Positions 37,409 to 47,437 are shown, numbered from the stretch's first letter. The stretch: 60,380 nt of DNA from a candidate division CSSED10-310 bacterium (GCA_016927515.1 JAFGMN010000310.1:1-60380); one strand, 5' to 3'. Made by a program: numbers and translations. Notes: generated by a model from the letters alone, not told the origin.

Positions 37409-38052
37409 TCGACAAGCGATTGTTCCCGATTTGCGAAGCGTTGCTGTTTGCATCGCCGGAACCGTTGTCCGCGGATGTGATCGGCGAGATCCTGCGGCAG
37501 GAAGGACTGCGTTTGGACAGAGATGTTTCGAACGATCTTGAATCGTTCCGGAGCTGGATCAATGATCGGGAAGGCGGCTTGATGGTCATTCGGGTTGCCG
37601 GTGGCTGGCAGCTTGTCACCCGTCCTGAAGCGGCAGATGCCGTAACCCGATTAAAAACACATCGCCAGAATACACGTTTCAGCCGTGCTGCGTTAGAGGT
37701 TTTGGCGATTATTGCTTATCGGCAGCCGATAACGACACCCGAAATTGAAGCGATCCGGGGAGTCGACAGTGCGGGTGTTTTAAAAAATCTGATGCAAAAA
37801 AAAATGATCACTCTTTTGGGTCGCAAGAAGTTCCCCGGGAATCCTCTCCTGTATGGCACCACAAGGCTGTTTCTGAAAACGTTCGGGCTTGACAGTCTCG
37901 ACGCGTTGCCTGATCTTACGGAGTTCACGGCTTTGTTCCCACCGGGAATGATGCAATCCGAATTGCCGTTCGGAAAACAAACGGAGTATCCAGCTGGCGA
38001 TTTACTCGATCGGAATAATCGACTGACGGATGAAGGAGAAGGAATTGTATGA
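37405..38052 (+). CDS. scpB: segregation and condensation protein B
   Basis: ICEALLFASPEPLS and AYRQPITTPEIEAIRGV motifs. An ATGA overlap joins it to scpA. Confidence 0.85.
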   Translation: MIDKRLFPICEALLFASPEPLSADVIGEILRQEGLRLDRDVSNDLESFRSWINDREGGLMVIRVAGGWQLVTRPEAADAVTRLKTHRQNTRFSRAALEVLAIIAYRQPITTPEIEAIRGVDSAGVLKNLMQKKMITLLGRKKFPGNPLLYGTTRLFLKTFGLDSLDALPDLTEFTALFPPGMMQSELPFGKQTEYPAGDLLDRNNRLTDEGEGIV

Positions 38053-39014
38053 GCACGACGCATGATATACCGCTGGTGCGTTTTCTTGCCCGGGCGGGAA
38101 TCGGATCGCGACGGTACTGCGATAATCTAATCGCATTGGGCCGGGTAACGTTGAATAGCGCTCCTGCGACTCCGGGAGCTCGGGTCGTTCCCGGCCGGGA
38201 TCAGATCCGGGTGAACGGTAGCATTATTGAAGAAGCCCCGGTGCTTTTATACTATCTCGTTTATAAGCCGAAGGGTTACCTTGTCAGTGATTCCGATCCC
38301 GAGAACCGACCGCTTGCCAGGGATTTATTGCCCGATTTGGGGATGCGCATGTTTCCTGTCGGCAGGCTGGATTTCCAGACGGAAGGTGCTCTCATGTTCA
38401 CAAACGATGGTCTTTGGGCTGATCGAGTAGCGCATCCACGAAACACAATTCCTAAAACATATCTGGCTAAAGTCCGGAACATACCCAGCCGGACGACATT
38501 GCAGCGCTGGCTGGCGGGAATACGTGATCAAGGTCAGATTTTAAAAGCACGGGAAGCGGTCATTGAGCGAACAACCGGACGGAATGCCTGGGTCCGGATC
38601 ACGTTGACCGGAGGCGCAAACCGTCAGGTGCGTCGAATGGGAGAAGCAACCGGTCATCCGGTGGTCAAACTCATCCGCCTGTCCATCGGCGATGTTCATC
38701 TGAAAGACATGAAACCGGGAGATGTCAGGGAATTGACAGTCCGCGAAGTTAAATCGTTTTTACGTAAGAATTTCGCTGAATCCACTCCGTCATCGCCGGA
38801 ATCTGATTCGCGCTCAAACCCGAAGACACCGCGAAAAATCGTCAGACAGCCCATGTCCGAAAAGCGATCCGCTCGATCCCTTCATGCCGATCCACCAACC
38901 CGTCATCGTTCTGCAACCGCTTCACCCCGAAAGCGGACGGACCAGGGCAAAGCGCCCCGGCGGCCGCCAGAACAACCGTCCAATCACCCGGATAGAAGTA
39001 GGAAACGGCGATGA
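38049..39014 (+). CDS. rluB: 23S rRNA pseudouridine synthase (RluB/RsuA family) with basic C-terminal tail
   Basis: S4 domain (RFLARAGIGSRRYCDNLIALGRVTLN) and catalytic GRLDFQTEGALMFTNDG. An ATGA overlap joins it to scpB. Confidence 0.85.
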   Translation: MSTTHDIPLVRFLARAGIGSRRYCDNLIALGRVTLNSAPATPGARVVPGRDQIRVNGSIIEEAPVLLYYLVYKPKGYLVSDSDPENRPLARDLLPDLGMRMFPVGRLDFQTEGALMFTNDGLWADRVAHPRNTIPKTYLAKVRNIPSRTTLQRWLAGIRDQGQILKAREAVIERTTGRNAWVRITLTGGANRQVRRMGEATGHPVVKLIRLSIGDVHLKDMKPGDVRELTVREVKSFLRKNFAESTPSSPESDSRSNPKTPRKIVRQPMSEKRSARSLHADPPTRHRSATASPRKRTDQGKAPRRPPEQPSNHPDRSRKRR

Positions 39015-39352
39015 TACATGAGAAGTGTCTGAAAATCGGCGAAGTCAGCACTATGCTCAACATTCCAGCCTATGTGTTACGCTACTGGGAAACAGAGTTC
39101 CGGGAATTGCAGCCTCGGAAAACACGGTCAGGACAACGATTATACAGTGAAAAAGACCTCGATTTTCTCCGCTTGCTGGTTCATCTGCGATATGAAGAAA
39201 AACTGACTATTTCCGGATGCCGTGCCCGACTCAAAGCCGCTAAATCCGCATCTTCGCGCGATACTTGGACCCCATCGAACACCGACACTTTCCAAGAAAC
39301 GCTCCTTGAAATAAAAAAGAGTTTACAAGATGTGCTCGAGGATTTACGATAG
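39011..39352 (+). CDS. MerR-family transcriptional regulator
   Basis: [27 protein letters not shown], 113 aa. An ATGA overlap joins it to rluB. Confidence 0.75.
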   Translation: MIHEKCLKIGEVSTMLNIPAYVLRYWETEFRELQPRKTRSGQRLYSEKDLDFLRLLVHLRYEEKLTISGCRARLKAAKSASSRDTWTPSNTDTFQETLLEIKKSLQDVLEDLR

Positions 39353-39369
39353 GGGGTCGTTGGCTGTGT

Positions 39370-39446
<77 letters not shown>

Positions 39447-39466
39447 TTTTTTTATCCGAAACATTC

Positions 39467-40156
39467 ATGAATCACGATTCCATATTCAAGGAAACAATAC
39501 GCGACCGCCTGAATCGCGATAAAATGGTTGATCAACTGATTCGGGATGGATTTTTAAAGAATCCCGCAGTGATCCAGGCATTTCGACGCGTTCCCCGGCA
39601 TGGGTTCGTCGATGCGGCTTTCCAATCCCGGGCATATAGCGATACACATCTCCCCATTGGGTGCGATCAGACAATCTCCAAACCATCCACAGTAGCTCGG
39701 ATGACCGAGCTTTTAATGGTATGCCCAGATCACCGCGTGCTGGAAATCGGAACGGGCTGTGGGTATCAGACTGCAATTCTTGCCGGCATGTGCAGGAAAG
39801 TGTACTCTGTGGAGTGGCATTCGCAACTTGTCAATGCTGCGAGGAAGATGATGACCCAGTTGGAATATCCGACGGTTCGAATTGATCAGGGAGACGGCAG
39901 CCAGGGCTGGCCGTCCGCCGCACCATTCGATCGGATCATTTTTACCGCTGGAGCTCCCACCATACCCGAACCGGTGTGCTATCAACTAGTGGATGGAGGC
40001 ATTCTGATCGTTCCTGTCGGACCGCGTCGGCAACAGGAACTTGTCCGGATCATTCGGTCAGATGCTGAAAATGACGTGATTTTCGATGTGAGTTATCATG
40101 GATCGTGCGAATTCGTCGATCTCGTGGGAAAAAACGGATGGATGAGCACAACGTGA
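39467..40156 (+). CDS. pcm: protein-L-isoaspartate O-methyltransferase
   Basis: RRVPRHGFV and the SAM motif VLEIGTGCGYQTAILA. ATG 39467 lies 20 nt after the tRNA; the listed ORF start at 39398 runs through the tRNA. Confidence 0.85.
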   Translation: MNHDSIFKETIRDRLNRDKMVDQLIRDGFLKNPAVIQAFRRVPRHGFVDAAFQSRAYSDTHLPIGCDQTISKPSTVARMTELLMVCPDHRVLEIGTGCGYQTAILAGMCRKVYSVEWHSQLVNAARKMMTQLEYPTVRIDQGDGSQGWPSAAPFDRIIFTAGAPTIPEPVCYQLVDGGILIVPVGPRRQQELVRIIRSDAENDVIFDVSYHGSCEFVDLVGKNGWMSTT

Positions 40157-40169
40157 GAAGGGAGTGACA

Positions 40170-41225
40170 ATGAACGGTATGGAACGGAAAAAATACCATC
40201 CAATGACCCTGAAGTATTCGATAATTACGGCAATCAAGGGTGCCCTGATCGGAATCGCCAATATTATTCCGGGTGTCAGCGGCGGAACATTCGCGCTGAT
40301 TCTGGGTATTTATGAACGCCTTCTGGATGCCTTGCATGCCATCAATCCGACCATCATCCTGGAAGCTATCCGCGCCATCGTTTCTTTGCATCGCCCGGCC
40401 GGTCGGCGAAGAGCGAAAGAAATCATTGACACATTGGACCTCATTTTCCTTTCATCTCTTGGCCTGGGAGCGCTTACGACGATTCTCGGATTATCGTTTC
40501 TGATTGACTATCTACTGGTTCACCATCCGGGATTGACACTGTCCTTTTTCATCGGCCTGATTATTCCGTCCATCGTTGTGCCATGGAAAATGATGGGGGC
40601 CTCGAAGCGGCTCTCTCAGTTGAGTTGGATGATTCCAGGAATCGCCTTGACTATCGGAGTCGCTTTCGCATTTGGCAATATTGAATCGAATGACAGTTTG
40701 ATATGGAGTTTCCTGACCGGAGTGATTGCTGTGTCAGCCATGATTCTACCCGGAATCAGCGGTTCATTCGTCATGCTTGTCATGGGTCAATATCAAAATG
40801 TGCTGAGAAAACTCCAGCTTATCCAGACCACCATCGACCTCTCAGCATGGATCTGGTTATTCGTCTTTGGCGCTGGCTGTATTGTCGGGCTGTTGCTGTT
40901 CGCCCGCTTCCTGGGTTACCTTCTCGCCCATCGGCGAAATGCGACTCTGGCTTTTCTGATCGGCTTGATTCTAGGCTCCTTCTGGATCCTTTGGCCGTTC
41001 AAGCAGTTCGATTATTCGATGGACCTCAACCATATCGCTGAAGAATTTCGTGACCGAGTGGCGGAAAAACAAGACATCCGTATCGCCACAGCCCCCAATC
41101 AAATGCCGGCAGATGTCAACGAATGCCTTTTCAACCTTCTGGCTCTTAGCGCAGGTTTAGCGGGAGCATTGGGATTGAACCGATTTGGTTCGGAGGATGC
41201 AGGCGTTTCCCCGTTCTCTCACTGA
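40170..41225 (+). CDS. DUF368 family membrane protein (undecaprenyl-phosphate translocase-type family)
   Basis: Duplicated signature IIPGVSGGTFALILGIYE / ILPGISGSFVMLVMGQY with about 8 TM segments. ATG 40170 lies 5 nt after GGGAG. Confidence 0.8.
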   Translation: MNGMERKKYHPMTLKYSIITAIKGALIGIANIIPGVSGGTFALILGIYERLLDALHAINPTIILEAIRAIVSLHRPAGRRRAKEIIDTLDLIFLSSLGLGALTTILGLSFLIDYLLVHHPGLTLSFFIGLIIPSIVVPWKMMGASKRLSQLSWMIPGIALTIGVAFAFGNIESNDSLIWSFLTGVIAVSAMILPGISGSFVMLVMGQYQNVLRKLQLIQTTIDLSAWIWLFVFGAGCIVGLLLFARFLGYLLAHRRNATLAFLIGLILGSFWILWPFKQFDYSMDLNHIAEEFRDRVAEKQDIRIATAPNQMPADVNECLFNLLALSAGLAGALGLNRFGSEDAGVSPFSH

Positions 41226-41319
41226 TACGCGTCTTTACTCAATCATCTCGGATCATCATTGATCATCATTTATATGTCATTGCGTTTATCGAATCGCGAT
41301 CTGTGATGACAAAAAAAGG

Positions 41320-41358
41320 TTGACAATTGGACTTATTTTGGTATTCTAGTACCAGAAT
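41320..41358 (+). promoter_or_regulatory. candidate promoter with overlapping imperfect palindrome upstream of rrf2-hcp
   Basis: TTGACA (41320-25), a 16-nt spacer, then TATTCT (41342-47). A 16-nt palindrome ATTCTAGTACCAGAAT (41343-58, 14/16 symmetric) overlaps the -10 element. Confidence 0.4.
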
Positions 41359-41373
41359 GCTCTTTATGAAGGA

Positions 41374-41811
41374 ATGATAACTATGAAGTTTCTTGCTATG
41401 ACAGATGCACTAACCCTGGCGATTCACACGATTGAGTTGATGTCTCGAGATCCTTCCCATCGATGGACAACCCGGCAAATTGCACATCAGTTCGCTGCAT
41501 CGGAGCATCATTTAGCAAAGATTCATACGCGGCTGGTCAAATCCGGTCTTTTGCATTCCGTGCGAGGCCCAAAAGGCGGTTTGATCCTCGCAAAAGATCC
41601 GGCAACAATTTATTTGATTGATATTTTCAACGTGATTGAAGGGCCGTTTCAACCCAGCAAATGTTTGTTTGGACAGCCTGTATGCCACCGAACAACATGT
41701 CTGTTTGGTTCTTTGATCCAGGATATTGATGAGCGGGTTCGAACCTATTTATGCAGCATGACCGTAGCCGATCTGCTGGAACCTGCCGATCAGTGTCGAA
41801 TCTCGGAATAA
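41374..41811 (+). CDS. Rrf2-family transcriptional regulator (NsrR/IscR-like, three Cys)
   Basis: wHTH core [39 protein letters not shown], and a Cys triad KC-x6-C-x4-C. An alternative start is ATG 41383. Confidence 0.8.
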   Translation: MITMKFLAMTDALTLAIHTIELMSRDPSHRWTTRQIAHQFAASEHHLAKIHTRLVKSGLLHSVRGPKGGLILAKDPATIYLIDIFNVIEGPFQPSKCLFGQPVCHRTTCLFGSLIQDIDERVRTYLCSMTVADLLEPADQCRISE

Positions 41812-41824
41812 CAAGGAGGGAGTC

Positions 41825-43456
41825 ATGTTTTGTTTTCAATGTCAGGAAGCTGCGAAAAACGTCGGATGTACCGTGCGCGGAGTGTGCGGAAAACCGGACC
41901 AAACCGCAACGTGGATGGATCTTTTAATTCACACACTGAAAGGAATTGGTGTATGGGGAGAAAAAGCCGTTCAGGCGGGATTGCCTATTCAAGAGGAAGG
42001 GGAGTTTATCGCTCGGGCCATGTTTTCCACCATTACCAACGCGAATTTCGATACCGATCGGATTCGGGAATTGATCCGCGAAGCGCTGGCAGTCAGGGAT
42101 GCGCTGGCCTCTCGTGTCGGCACTCCCCCGCTTGATCTTCCCGATGCAGCAACATGGTCCGGCAATCCGGATGACGATCTGCTGGTCAAAGCGCACTCGG
42201 TTGGTGTATTGGCGACGGAGAATGAAGATATTCGTTCGCTTCGCGAGTTGCTGATTATCGGCTTGAAAGGTTTGTGCGCATATTCCGACCACGCATCAAT
42301 TCTGGGTTATCACAACAACGAATTGTATGCCTTTATGATGAAAGCACTTGCATCGACAACGAAATCGCTGACTCTGGATGCTATGATTGCTCTGGTGATG
42401 GAATGTGGAGCGATGGGCGTCAAGGGAATGGCCTTGCTGGATCAGGCAAACACCGAGACCTTTGGCCACCCGGAGATGACACGGGTTCGGCTTGATGTCG
42501 ATTCGCATCCAGGTATTCTGATTTCGGGTCACGATTTGAGAGACATGAAGGATCTTCTGGAGCAAACGGTAGATACCGGCATCGATGTCTATACACATAG
42601 CGAAATGTTGCCGGCCAATTATTATCCGGCATTTAAGAAATATGCGCATTTCGTCGGCAACTACGGCAGTTCTTGGTGGAATCAGAGCAAGGAGTTCGAG
42701 CAGTTTCACGGACCGATCCTCTTTACCACCAACTGCATCACGCCAGTGAAAGACAGCTATAAAGATCGAGTTTATACAACAGGAATGGCCGGATATCCGG
42801 GGTGTCGTCACATTCCCGATCGGAAGGGCAATGCGCCAAAAGACTTTTCCGAAATCATCGAGCGAGCCAGACAATGCGCGCCTCCGGATCAAATCGAAAG
42901 CGGTGAAATTATCGGAGGATTCGCTCACAATCAGTTGATGGCGTTTGCCGATCAAATCATCGCCGCGGTTAAAGCGGGAACTATCCGCCGCTTTATTGTC
43001 ATGGCCGGCTGCGATGGCCGACAACCGGGGCGGCAGTATTATACGGATGTCGCCAAGGCACTTCCCGCCGATACGATCATTCTGACTGCAGGTTGTGCCA
43101 AATACCGATATAATAAGCTAAACCTCGGTGATATCGGTGGAATCCCCCGGGTTTTGGATGCGGGGCAATGCAACGATTCGTATTCTCTGGCCTATATTGC
43201 GTTACAGCTCAAAGAAGCTTTTGGATTGAGCGACATCAATGATCTTCCGATTTCGTATGATATCGCCTGGTATGAGCAGAAAGCGGTCATTGTATTGCTT
43301 GCGCTCTTGTCCCTCGGAGTCAAGGGGATTCGCTTGGGTCCCACGCTGCCGGCTTTCCTTTCGCCTGCGGTAGCAAACGTGTTGGTCGATTCGTTCAATA
43401 TCCAACCGATTGCTACAGTTGAGGGGGATGTCGCAGCAATGCTACAGGGTAAGTAA
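41825..43456 (+). CDS. hcp: hybrid cluster protein / hydroxylamine reductase (class I Cys spacing)
   Basis: The [24 protein letters not shown]-terminus has CX2CX8CX5C spacing. 543 aa. An AAGGAGG SD is present. Confidence 0.95.
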   Translation: MFCFQCQEAAKNVGCTVRGVCGKPDQTATWMDLLIHTLKGIGVWGEKAVQAGLPIQEEGEFIARAMFSTITNANFDTDRIRELIREALAVRDALASRVGTPPLDLPDAATWSGNPDDDLLVKAHSVGVLATENEDIRSLRELLIIGLKGLCAYSDHASILGYHNNELYAFMMKALASTTKSLTLDAMIALVMECGAMGVKGMALLDQANTETFGHPEMTRVRLDVDSHPGILISGHDLRDMKDLLEQTVDTGIDVYTHSEMLPANYYPAFKKYAHFVGNYGSSWWNQSKEFEQFHGPILFTTNCITPVKDSYKDRVYTTGMAGYPGCRHIPDRKGNAPKDFSEIIERARQCAPPDQIESGEIIGGFAHNQLMAFADQIIAAVKAGTIRRFIVMAGCDGRQPGRQYYTDVAKALPADTIILTAGCAKYRYNKLNLGDIGGIPRVLDAGQCNDSYSLAYIALQLKEAFGLSDINDLPISYDIAWYEQKAVIVLLALLSLGVKGIRLGPTLPAFLSPAVANVLVDSFNIQPIATVEGDVAAMLQGK

Positions 43457-43565
43457 TTGCAGTTCGACCCCTTAGCCCCAAATCAACACCGGTCCAGTTA
43501 AAAAAAATAGGCTGTTTGGGTGATTAGCGGGTCACTGCCCATCTGCTAACTCAAAAGAAACTTAT

Positions 43566-43590
43566 GAAATGCCGGTTCTGCCGGCATTTC
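43566..43590 (+). terminator. stem-loop downstream of hcp (possible terminator)
   Basis: 10-bp perfect stem gaaatgccgg / ccggcatttc with a 5-nt loop. There is no clear U-tract on the + strand. Confidence 0.4.
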
Positions 43591-43691
43591 TGATTATAGT
43601 GGCGGCATTAACGGGAATCCGGTAAAATATTCCTTGCTTCCCGATGCCGATTCCGTTATCGTTCTCTGGCCTTCGCGATGGGAGAGCAAAA

Positions 43692-43765
43692 CGGGGCGTA
43701 GCGCAGTTTGGTAGCGCGCCTGCTTCGGGAGCAGGAGGCCGGAGGTTCAAATCCTCTCGCCCCGA
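43692..43765 (+). tRNA. tRNA-Pro (anticodon CGG), CCA not encoded
   Basis: The acceptor, D arm and T arm are the same as in the tRNA at 39370. Anticodon stem cctgc/gcagg with loop ttCGGga, discriminator A, then TTTTT. Confidence 0.9.
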
Positions 43766-43851
43766 TTTTTATGGTCACTCGGTAACAGCGGCCGGGGAGC
43801 GACGTCCTCTCATCGAGAATGGTTGCCGGGGATTCCTGAAGGGGGCTGTAC

Positions 43852-46020
43852 ATGGCGTTTTCCGGTAAATCAGGAACTCTCACCCTGTCTCAACTTCTGG
43901 GCCTGATTCAATCAACCGATTCCCAAACATATCTGCACGTAAAATCCGAGCATTCAACGTGGTGCCTGTCCATTGATGCAGGACTGGTGAAGGGAATCGG
44001 CGGCGACACGATCGATATCGAAATCGAAGATATCCTGATCACACGGGGATTGCTTAAAGCCGAAATCCTGAAAAGCCTGGAAGATGATGCGATTCGGGAC
44101 AAGGGGTTGGCCCGCGCGCTCGCTGAGGAAGGTCACATTTCTACCGAAGATGCTCGTCATGCCGAATACCATTTTGCCGAATCTGCATTTTATGAATTCA
44201 TCGTCGAAACCGGGGGCGATATCGATTGGCGCGACGCACCCGCGCTGAAAATTCATCCCATGGACCCGAGTTTCAGTCAATGGATCCGAGATACATCACC
44301 AGATGTCGAATTCATGAACCAGTTTCGCACGCATTTCAGTGATTTCGATGCAACCCTATACTGGATTACGCCTCCCAAAAACCCGCGATTGCCTGCAGAA
44401 ATGTCGCTAGGAGAAATTCGCATATTGAGCCGTTACAATCCAAGCAGCACCATCCGGTCATTTTGGAAAACCGCGGGAATTCCTGCCGGATCGAATGCTC
44501 GGTTGCTGGTAAAACTGAGCGAGCGGGGCATCATTACTCCACATGCACCCGGAAGCATCAAGTTACCCAATGCGAAACCATTTCTCCGAGCACTTTTAGC
44601 TCGGGTAGTGGATCAGTTGATGGATGTGCAAAAGCTGATCGGTGAAGGCAGTGATCTGCTCGATATTCTGAAATCCATTAACACTAATCTAGAAAAAATG
44701 CCGGATTTGGCCGTTGCTACAGCAATGCGCTCAGAGGATCTGGGTGATTTATCCCGTCTGACAGGTTCATTGAACGGGTTGCTCGATCTGAATGGAGTAG
44801 AAGAACTGGATTTGGAAAAGGCAATCGAAACGGGATCTCGAGCGGGGCGAGACGCGCTTCACCGGCAAGAAAAACCGAATCCGTCACACAAAACGGGGGG
44901 GCGTTCGGCAGCGGGTGTCCGCCGCCAACCAATGAAAAACACGGATGGCGATGAGACAGTGGCAGGTGATGCCCGTGCTGAGGATGGCATTGCCCGGAAG
45001 ATGCTTCCAGATCCAAAACGGCAGAAAGAAGCAACCAGTATCATTGAAGCGAGCAAGATTCTTGAGCATCAGGCCGCTTCACTGGAAGAAAAAGTGGCCT
45101 CGAAAGTGAAGTATCGTCGGTTCATGTCCGATGTGACCATGGCTTATAACCGCTTCGTAATGACCAAGCAGAACCTTTTCGAGTTGTTTGGAGTTACACC
45201 GAATGTTGAAAAAAAAGATATCCACAAAGCATTCATCAAACAAATAAACGGAATCAATCCGAAAGGCATCGCTTTCAGATCTCTGGATCAAGAAGTATTG
45301 GAAAAAGCGATTTTTCTCCGCGATCAATACAAAAAAGCCTATATCGTTCTGATGGATGACAAAAAGAAGCGGGACTATATCGATTCATTGCGTGCGGGCC
45401 GTCAGGAAGCGGAAGACAACAAAGTTCGTGCGATGAAGCTGTTCAATGAAGGAATGGATAAAATCCGGGCAGGCAAATTCGATGAAGCTCGGGAAATGTT
45501 CCGTCGCGCAGCAAAATTCGATCCGAACAGCCCGGTGTATTATTCGGTTCTCGAGGATATCGACAAGGAAGAACGCGAAGGGAATGCGGTGAAATTCTTC
45601 CAAGCAGGTATTCTTGCGTTTAAACAAAAGAACGATTATGACCGTGCAATCAAATTGATCCGAAAAGCGATTTCTCTGCGCCCGTTGGATCCGACCTATC
45701 ACCTGAAACTCGCCGAGATTCAGGCAATGAGCGGTGAACACAAAGCAGATGCAGTCATCAGCTATCTTGCCGCTCTGGATCTCGACCCCGGCAACCAGGA
45801 ACTCCGTCTTCTGATCGCAAACTTCCAGAAAAATCTTGGAAGAAAGCAGGAAGCAGCGAATATGTATCAGGAAATCCTGAAATGGAATCCTGAAAACAAA
45901 ATCGTCCAGAAAAACCTGGCTGACCTGATAAAAGAAGGCATCAAACCCGACAAAGAAGACGATACCAAGAAGAAACAAAAGGCTACCGAACAGGCAGCAT
46001 TAAATGAGGAGTTTGAATAA
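43852..46020 (+). CDS. DUF4388-like N-domain / degenerate J-like domain / TPR-repeat protein
   Basis: The N-terminus GTLTLSQLLGLIQSTDSQTYLHV is DUF4388-like. The mid-region LFELFGVTPNVEKKDIHKAFIKQINGINPKG...KKAYIVLMDDKKKRDYID is J-domain-like but has NPK in place of HPD. The C-terminal ~200 aa are TPR-like. Confidence 0.6.
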   Translation: MAFSGKSGTLTLSQLLGLIQSTDSQTYLHVKSEHSTWCLSIDAGLVKGIGGDTIDIEIEDILITRGLLKAEILKSLEDDAIRDKGLARALAEEGHISTEDARHAEYHFAESAFYEFIVETGGDIDWRDAPALKIHPMDPSFSQWIRDTSPDVEFMNQFRTHFSDFDATLYWITPPKNPRLPAEMSLGEIRILSRYNPSSTIRSFWKTAGIPAGSNARLLVKLSERGIITPHAPGSIKLPNAKPFLRALLARVVDQLMDVQKLIGEGSDLLDILKSINTNLEKMPDLAVATAMRSEDLGDLSRLTGSLNGLLDLNGVEELDLEKAIETGSRAGRDALHRQEKPNPSHKTGGRSAAGVRRQPMKNTDGDETVAGDARAEDGIARKMLPDPKRQKEATSIIEASKILEHQAASLEEKVASKVKYRRFMSDVTMAYNRFVMTKQNLFELFGVTPNVEKKDIHKAFIKQINGINPKGIAFRSLDQEVLEKAIFLRDQYKKAYIVLMDDKKKRDYIDSLRAGRQEAEDNKVRAMKLFNEGMDKIRAGKFDEAREMFRRAAKFDPNSPVYYSVLEDIDKEEREGNAVKFFQAGILAFKQKNDYDRAIKLIRKAISLRPLDPTYHLKLAEIQAMSGEHKADAVISYLAALDLDPGNQELRLLIANFQKNLGRKQEAANMYQEILKWNPENKIVQKNLADLIKEGIKPDKEDDTKKKQKATEQAALNEEFE

Positions 46021-46471
46021 GCGTTCTGTCAAGCGGGTCGCCATCATCGGTGCGGCCAGCGCTGATGAGGGAGTGTTAGCGCTGGCATATCGAACGGGTT
46101 GGTTACTGGGAAGTCGGGGAGTGACAGTCATTACTGGCGGCAAACAAGGCGTAATGGAAGCCGCTTCGAGGGGAGCTAAGGAAGCGGGCGGATTGACGGT
46201 AGGCATTCTGCCTGGGCGGGATGACCGGGATGCAAACGCGTATCTTGATATCGCAATTCCAACAGGATTAGGGGATGCAAGAAATGCTGTGATCGCCTGT
46301 GCAGCGGATACAGTGATCGCAATTGCAGGTGGATATGGCACCTTGTCCGAAATCGGTCTGGCTCTAAAAATGGGCAAAACCGTTATCGGTATCGCAACGT
46401 GGGACCTGTCAAAGGGGATCATTGCCGTGACCTCACCGGAAGAGGCGGTATCAAAGGTTTTCGAGATATGA
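46004..46471 (+). CDS. TIGR00725 / LOG-family Rossmann protein
   Basis: VAIIGAAS...VITGGKQGVMEAASRGAKEAGG.TVGILPG...IAIAGGYGTLSEIGLAL. It overlaps the upstream gene by 17 nt. Confidence 0.75.
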   Translation: MRSLNKRSVKRVAIIGAASADEGVLALAYRTGWLLGSRGVTVITGGKQGVMEAASRGAKEAGGLTVGILPGRDDRDANAYLDIAIPTGLGDARNAVIACAADTVIAIAGGYGTLSEIGLALKMGKTVIGIATWDLSKGIIAVTSPEEAVSKVFEI

Positions 46472-46755
46472 ACAGTTTTCTACGGTGTGAAAAATGGCGA
46501 GTTCATGGACGTGTCCAGCGCGTTGGATTTCGCCATTTCAGCATGCGTGCAGCACACCGACATCGTATTCAGGGTGCCGCACGCAATGAACCTGATGGAA
46601 CGGTGGAGATTATCGCCATCGGAACACCTTCGGATCTTGAAGGGTATTACCGTGATATTCTCAAAGGACCGTCCCTGTCCAACGTGACCCATGTCGAGCG
46701 CTATCCCATCAATTATGATACGATCACCCTGGATGCATATGATTTAGCGTTTTAG
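46468..46755 (+). CDS. acyP: acylphosphatase
   Basis: [14 protein letters not shown]...[13 protein letters not shown] signature. An ATGA overlap joins it to the LOG-like gene; the listed ORF start at 46399 lies inside that gene. Confidence 0.8.
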   Translation: MNSFLRCEKWRVHGRVQRVGFRHFSMRAAHRHRIQGAARNEPDGTVEIIAIGTPSDLEGYYRDILKGPSLSNVTHVERYPINYDTITLDAYDLAF

Positions 46756-46765
46756 GAGGCACCTG

Positions 46766-47287
46766 ATGAAAAAACTGCGGTTGACCGATTACATCCGGGA
46801 TATTCCGGATTTCCCGAAACCCGGCATTGTTTTCAAAGACATTACTCCGTTGCTCGGGAATCCCGAAGCATTTGCCCAGGCCATCGATAACCTGGTTGAA
46901 CCTTTCCTGCAGATGCATGTGACTAAGGTCGTCGGTATCGAAGCACGAGGTTTCCTCTTTGCACCACTGCTCGCTGGTAAATTGAACGCGGGTGTTGTTC
47001 CCGTACGTAAACCCGGAAAACTGCCATTTGAGACAGAGCGTTTCACCTATGATCTGGAATACGGAACCGATACGATCGAAATTCATCGGGATGCCATTCG
47101 CCCCGGAGAGAATGTTCTCATTGTCGATGATCTCCTGGCAACAGGAGGAACGGTCGATGCGGCAAGAAATCTGGTGGAAAAACTGGGGGGTCGTGTCGTT
47201 GGCATGGCATTTCTCATCGAACTCGCATTTCTCAACGGGCGCCAAAAATTGAATGGTTACACGGTTCATTCTTTGATACAGTATTGA
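46766..47287 (+). CDS. apt: adenine phosphoribosyltransferase
   Basis: [18 protein letters not shown] and the PRPP motif [13 protein letters not shown]. Confidence 0.95.
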   Translation: MKKLRLTDYIRDIPDFPKPGIVFKDITPLLGNPEAFAQAIDNLVEPFLQMHVTKVVGIEARGFLFAPLLAGKLNAGVVPVRKPGKLPFETERFTYDLEYGTDTIEIHRDAIRPGENVLIVDDLLATGGTVDAARNLVEKLGGRVVGMAFLIELAFLNGRQKLNGYTVHSLIQY

Positions 47288-47312
47288 CACTGCGGATCCC
47301 GCCTGGTGGGTT

Positions 47313-47385
47313 GCGCCCGTAGCTCAGGGGATAGAGCACCGGATTCCTAATCCGGGTGTCGCAGGTTCAAATCCTGCCGGGCGTA
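47313..47385 (+). tRNA. tRNA-Arg (anticodon CCT)
   Basis: Hand-folded: acceptor gcgcccg/cgggcgt (G1-U72), D stem gctc/gagc, anticodon stem ccgga/tccgg with loop ttCCTaa, T arm gcagg-ttcaaat-cctgc. Confidence 0.85.
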
Positions 47386-47408
47386 TGATTGCCCGCATCG
47401 GGAGATGC

Positions 47409-47437
47409 TTGATTTTTCAACGATGTTACACTAGGAT
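47409..47437 (+). promoter_or_regulatory. candidate sigma70-type promoter upstream of the TPR gene
   Basis: TTGATT, a 17-nt spacer, then TAGGAT. Called by eye only. Confidence 0.3.

Noticed and set aside
41251-41270. Perfect tandem duplication gatcatcatt x2 downstream of the DUF368 gene.
   Set aside because: There are only two 10-nt units and no further copies that I could see. It is noted under the rrf2-hcp control region but is too small to interpret.
43562-43883. ORFs overlapping the tRNA-Pro(CGG) locus (43562-43750, 43644-43868, 43656-43883), and the ORFs at 39181-39468 over tRNA-Pro(GGG).
   Set aside because: They run through or opposite tRNA genes that fold convincingly and have no coding signals of their own.
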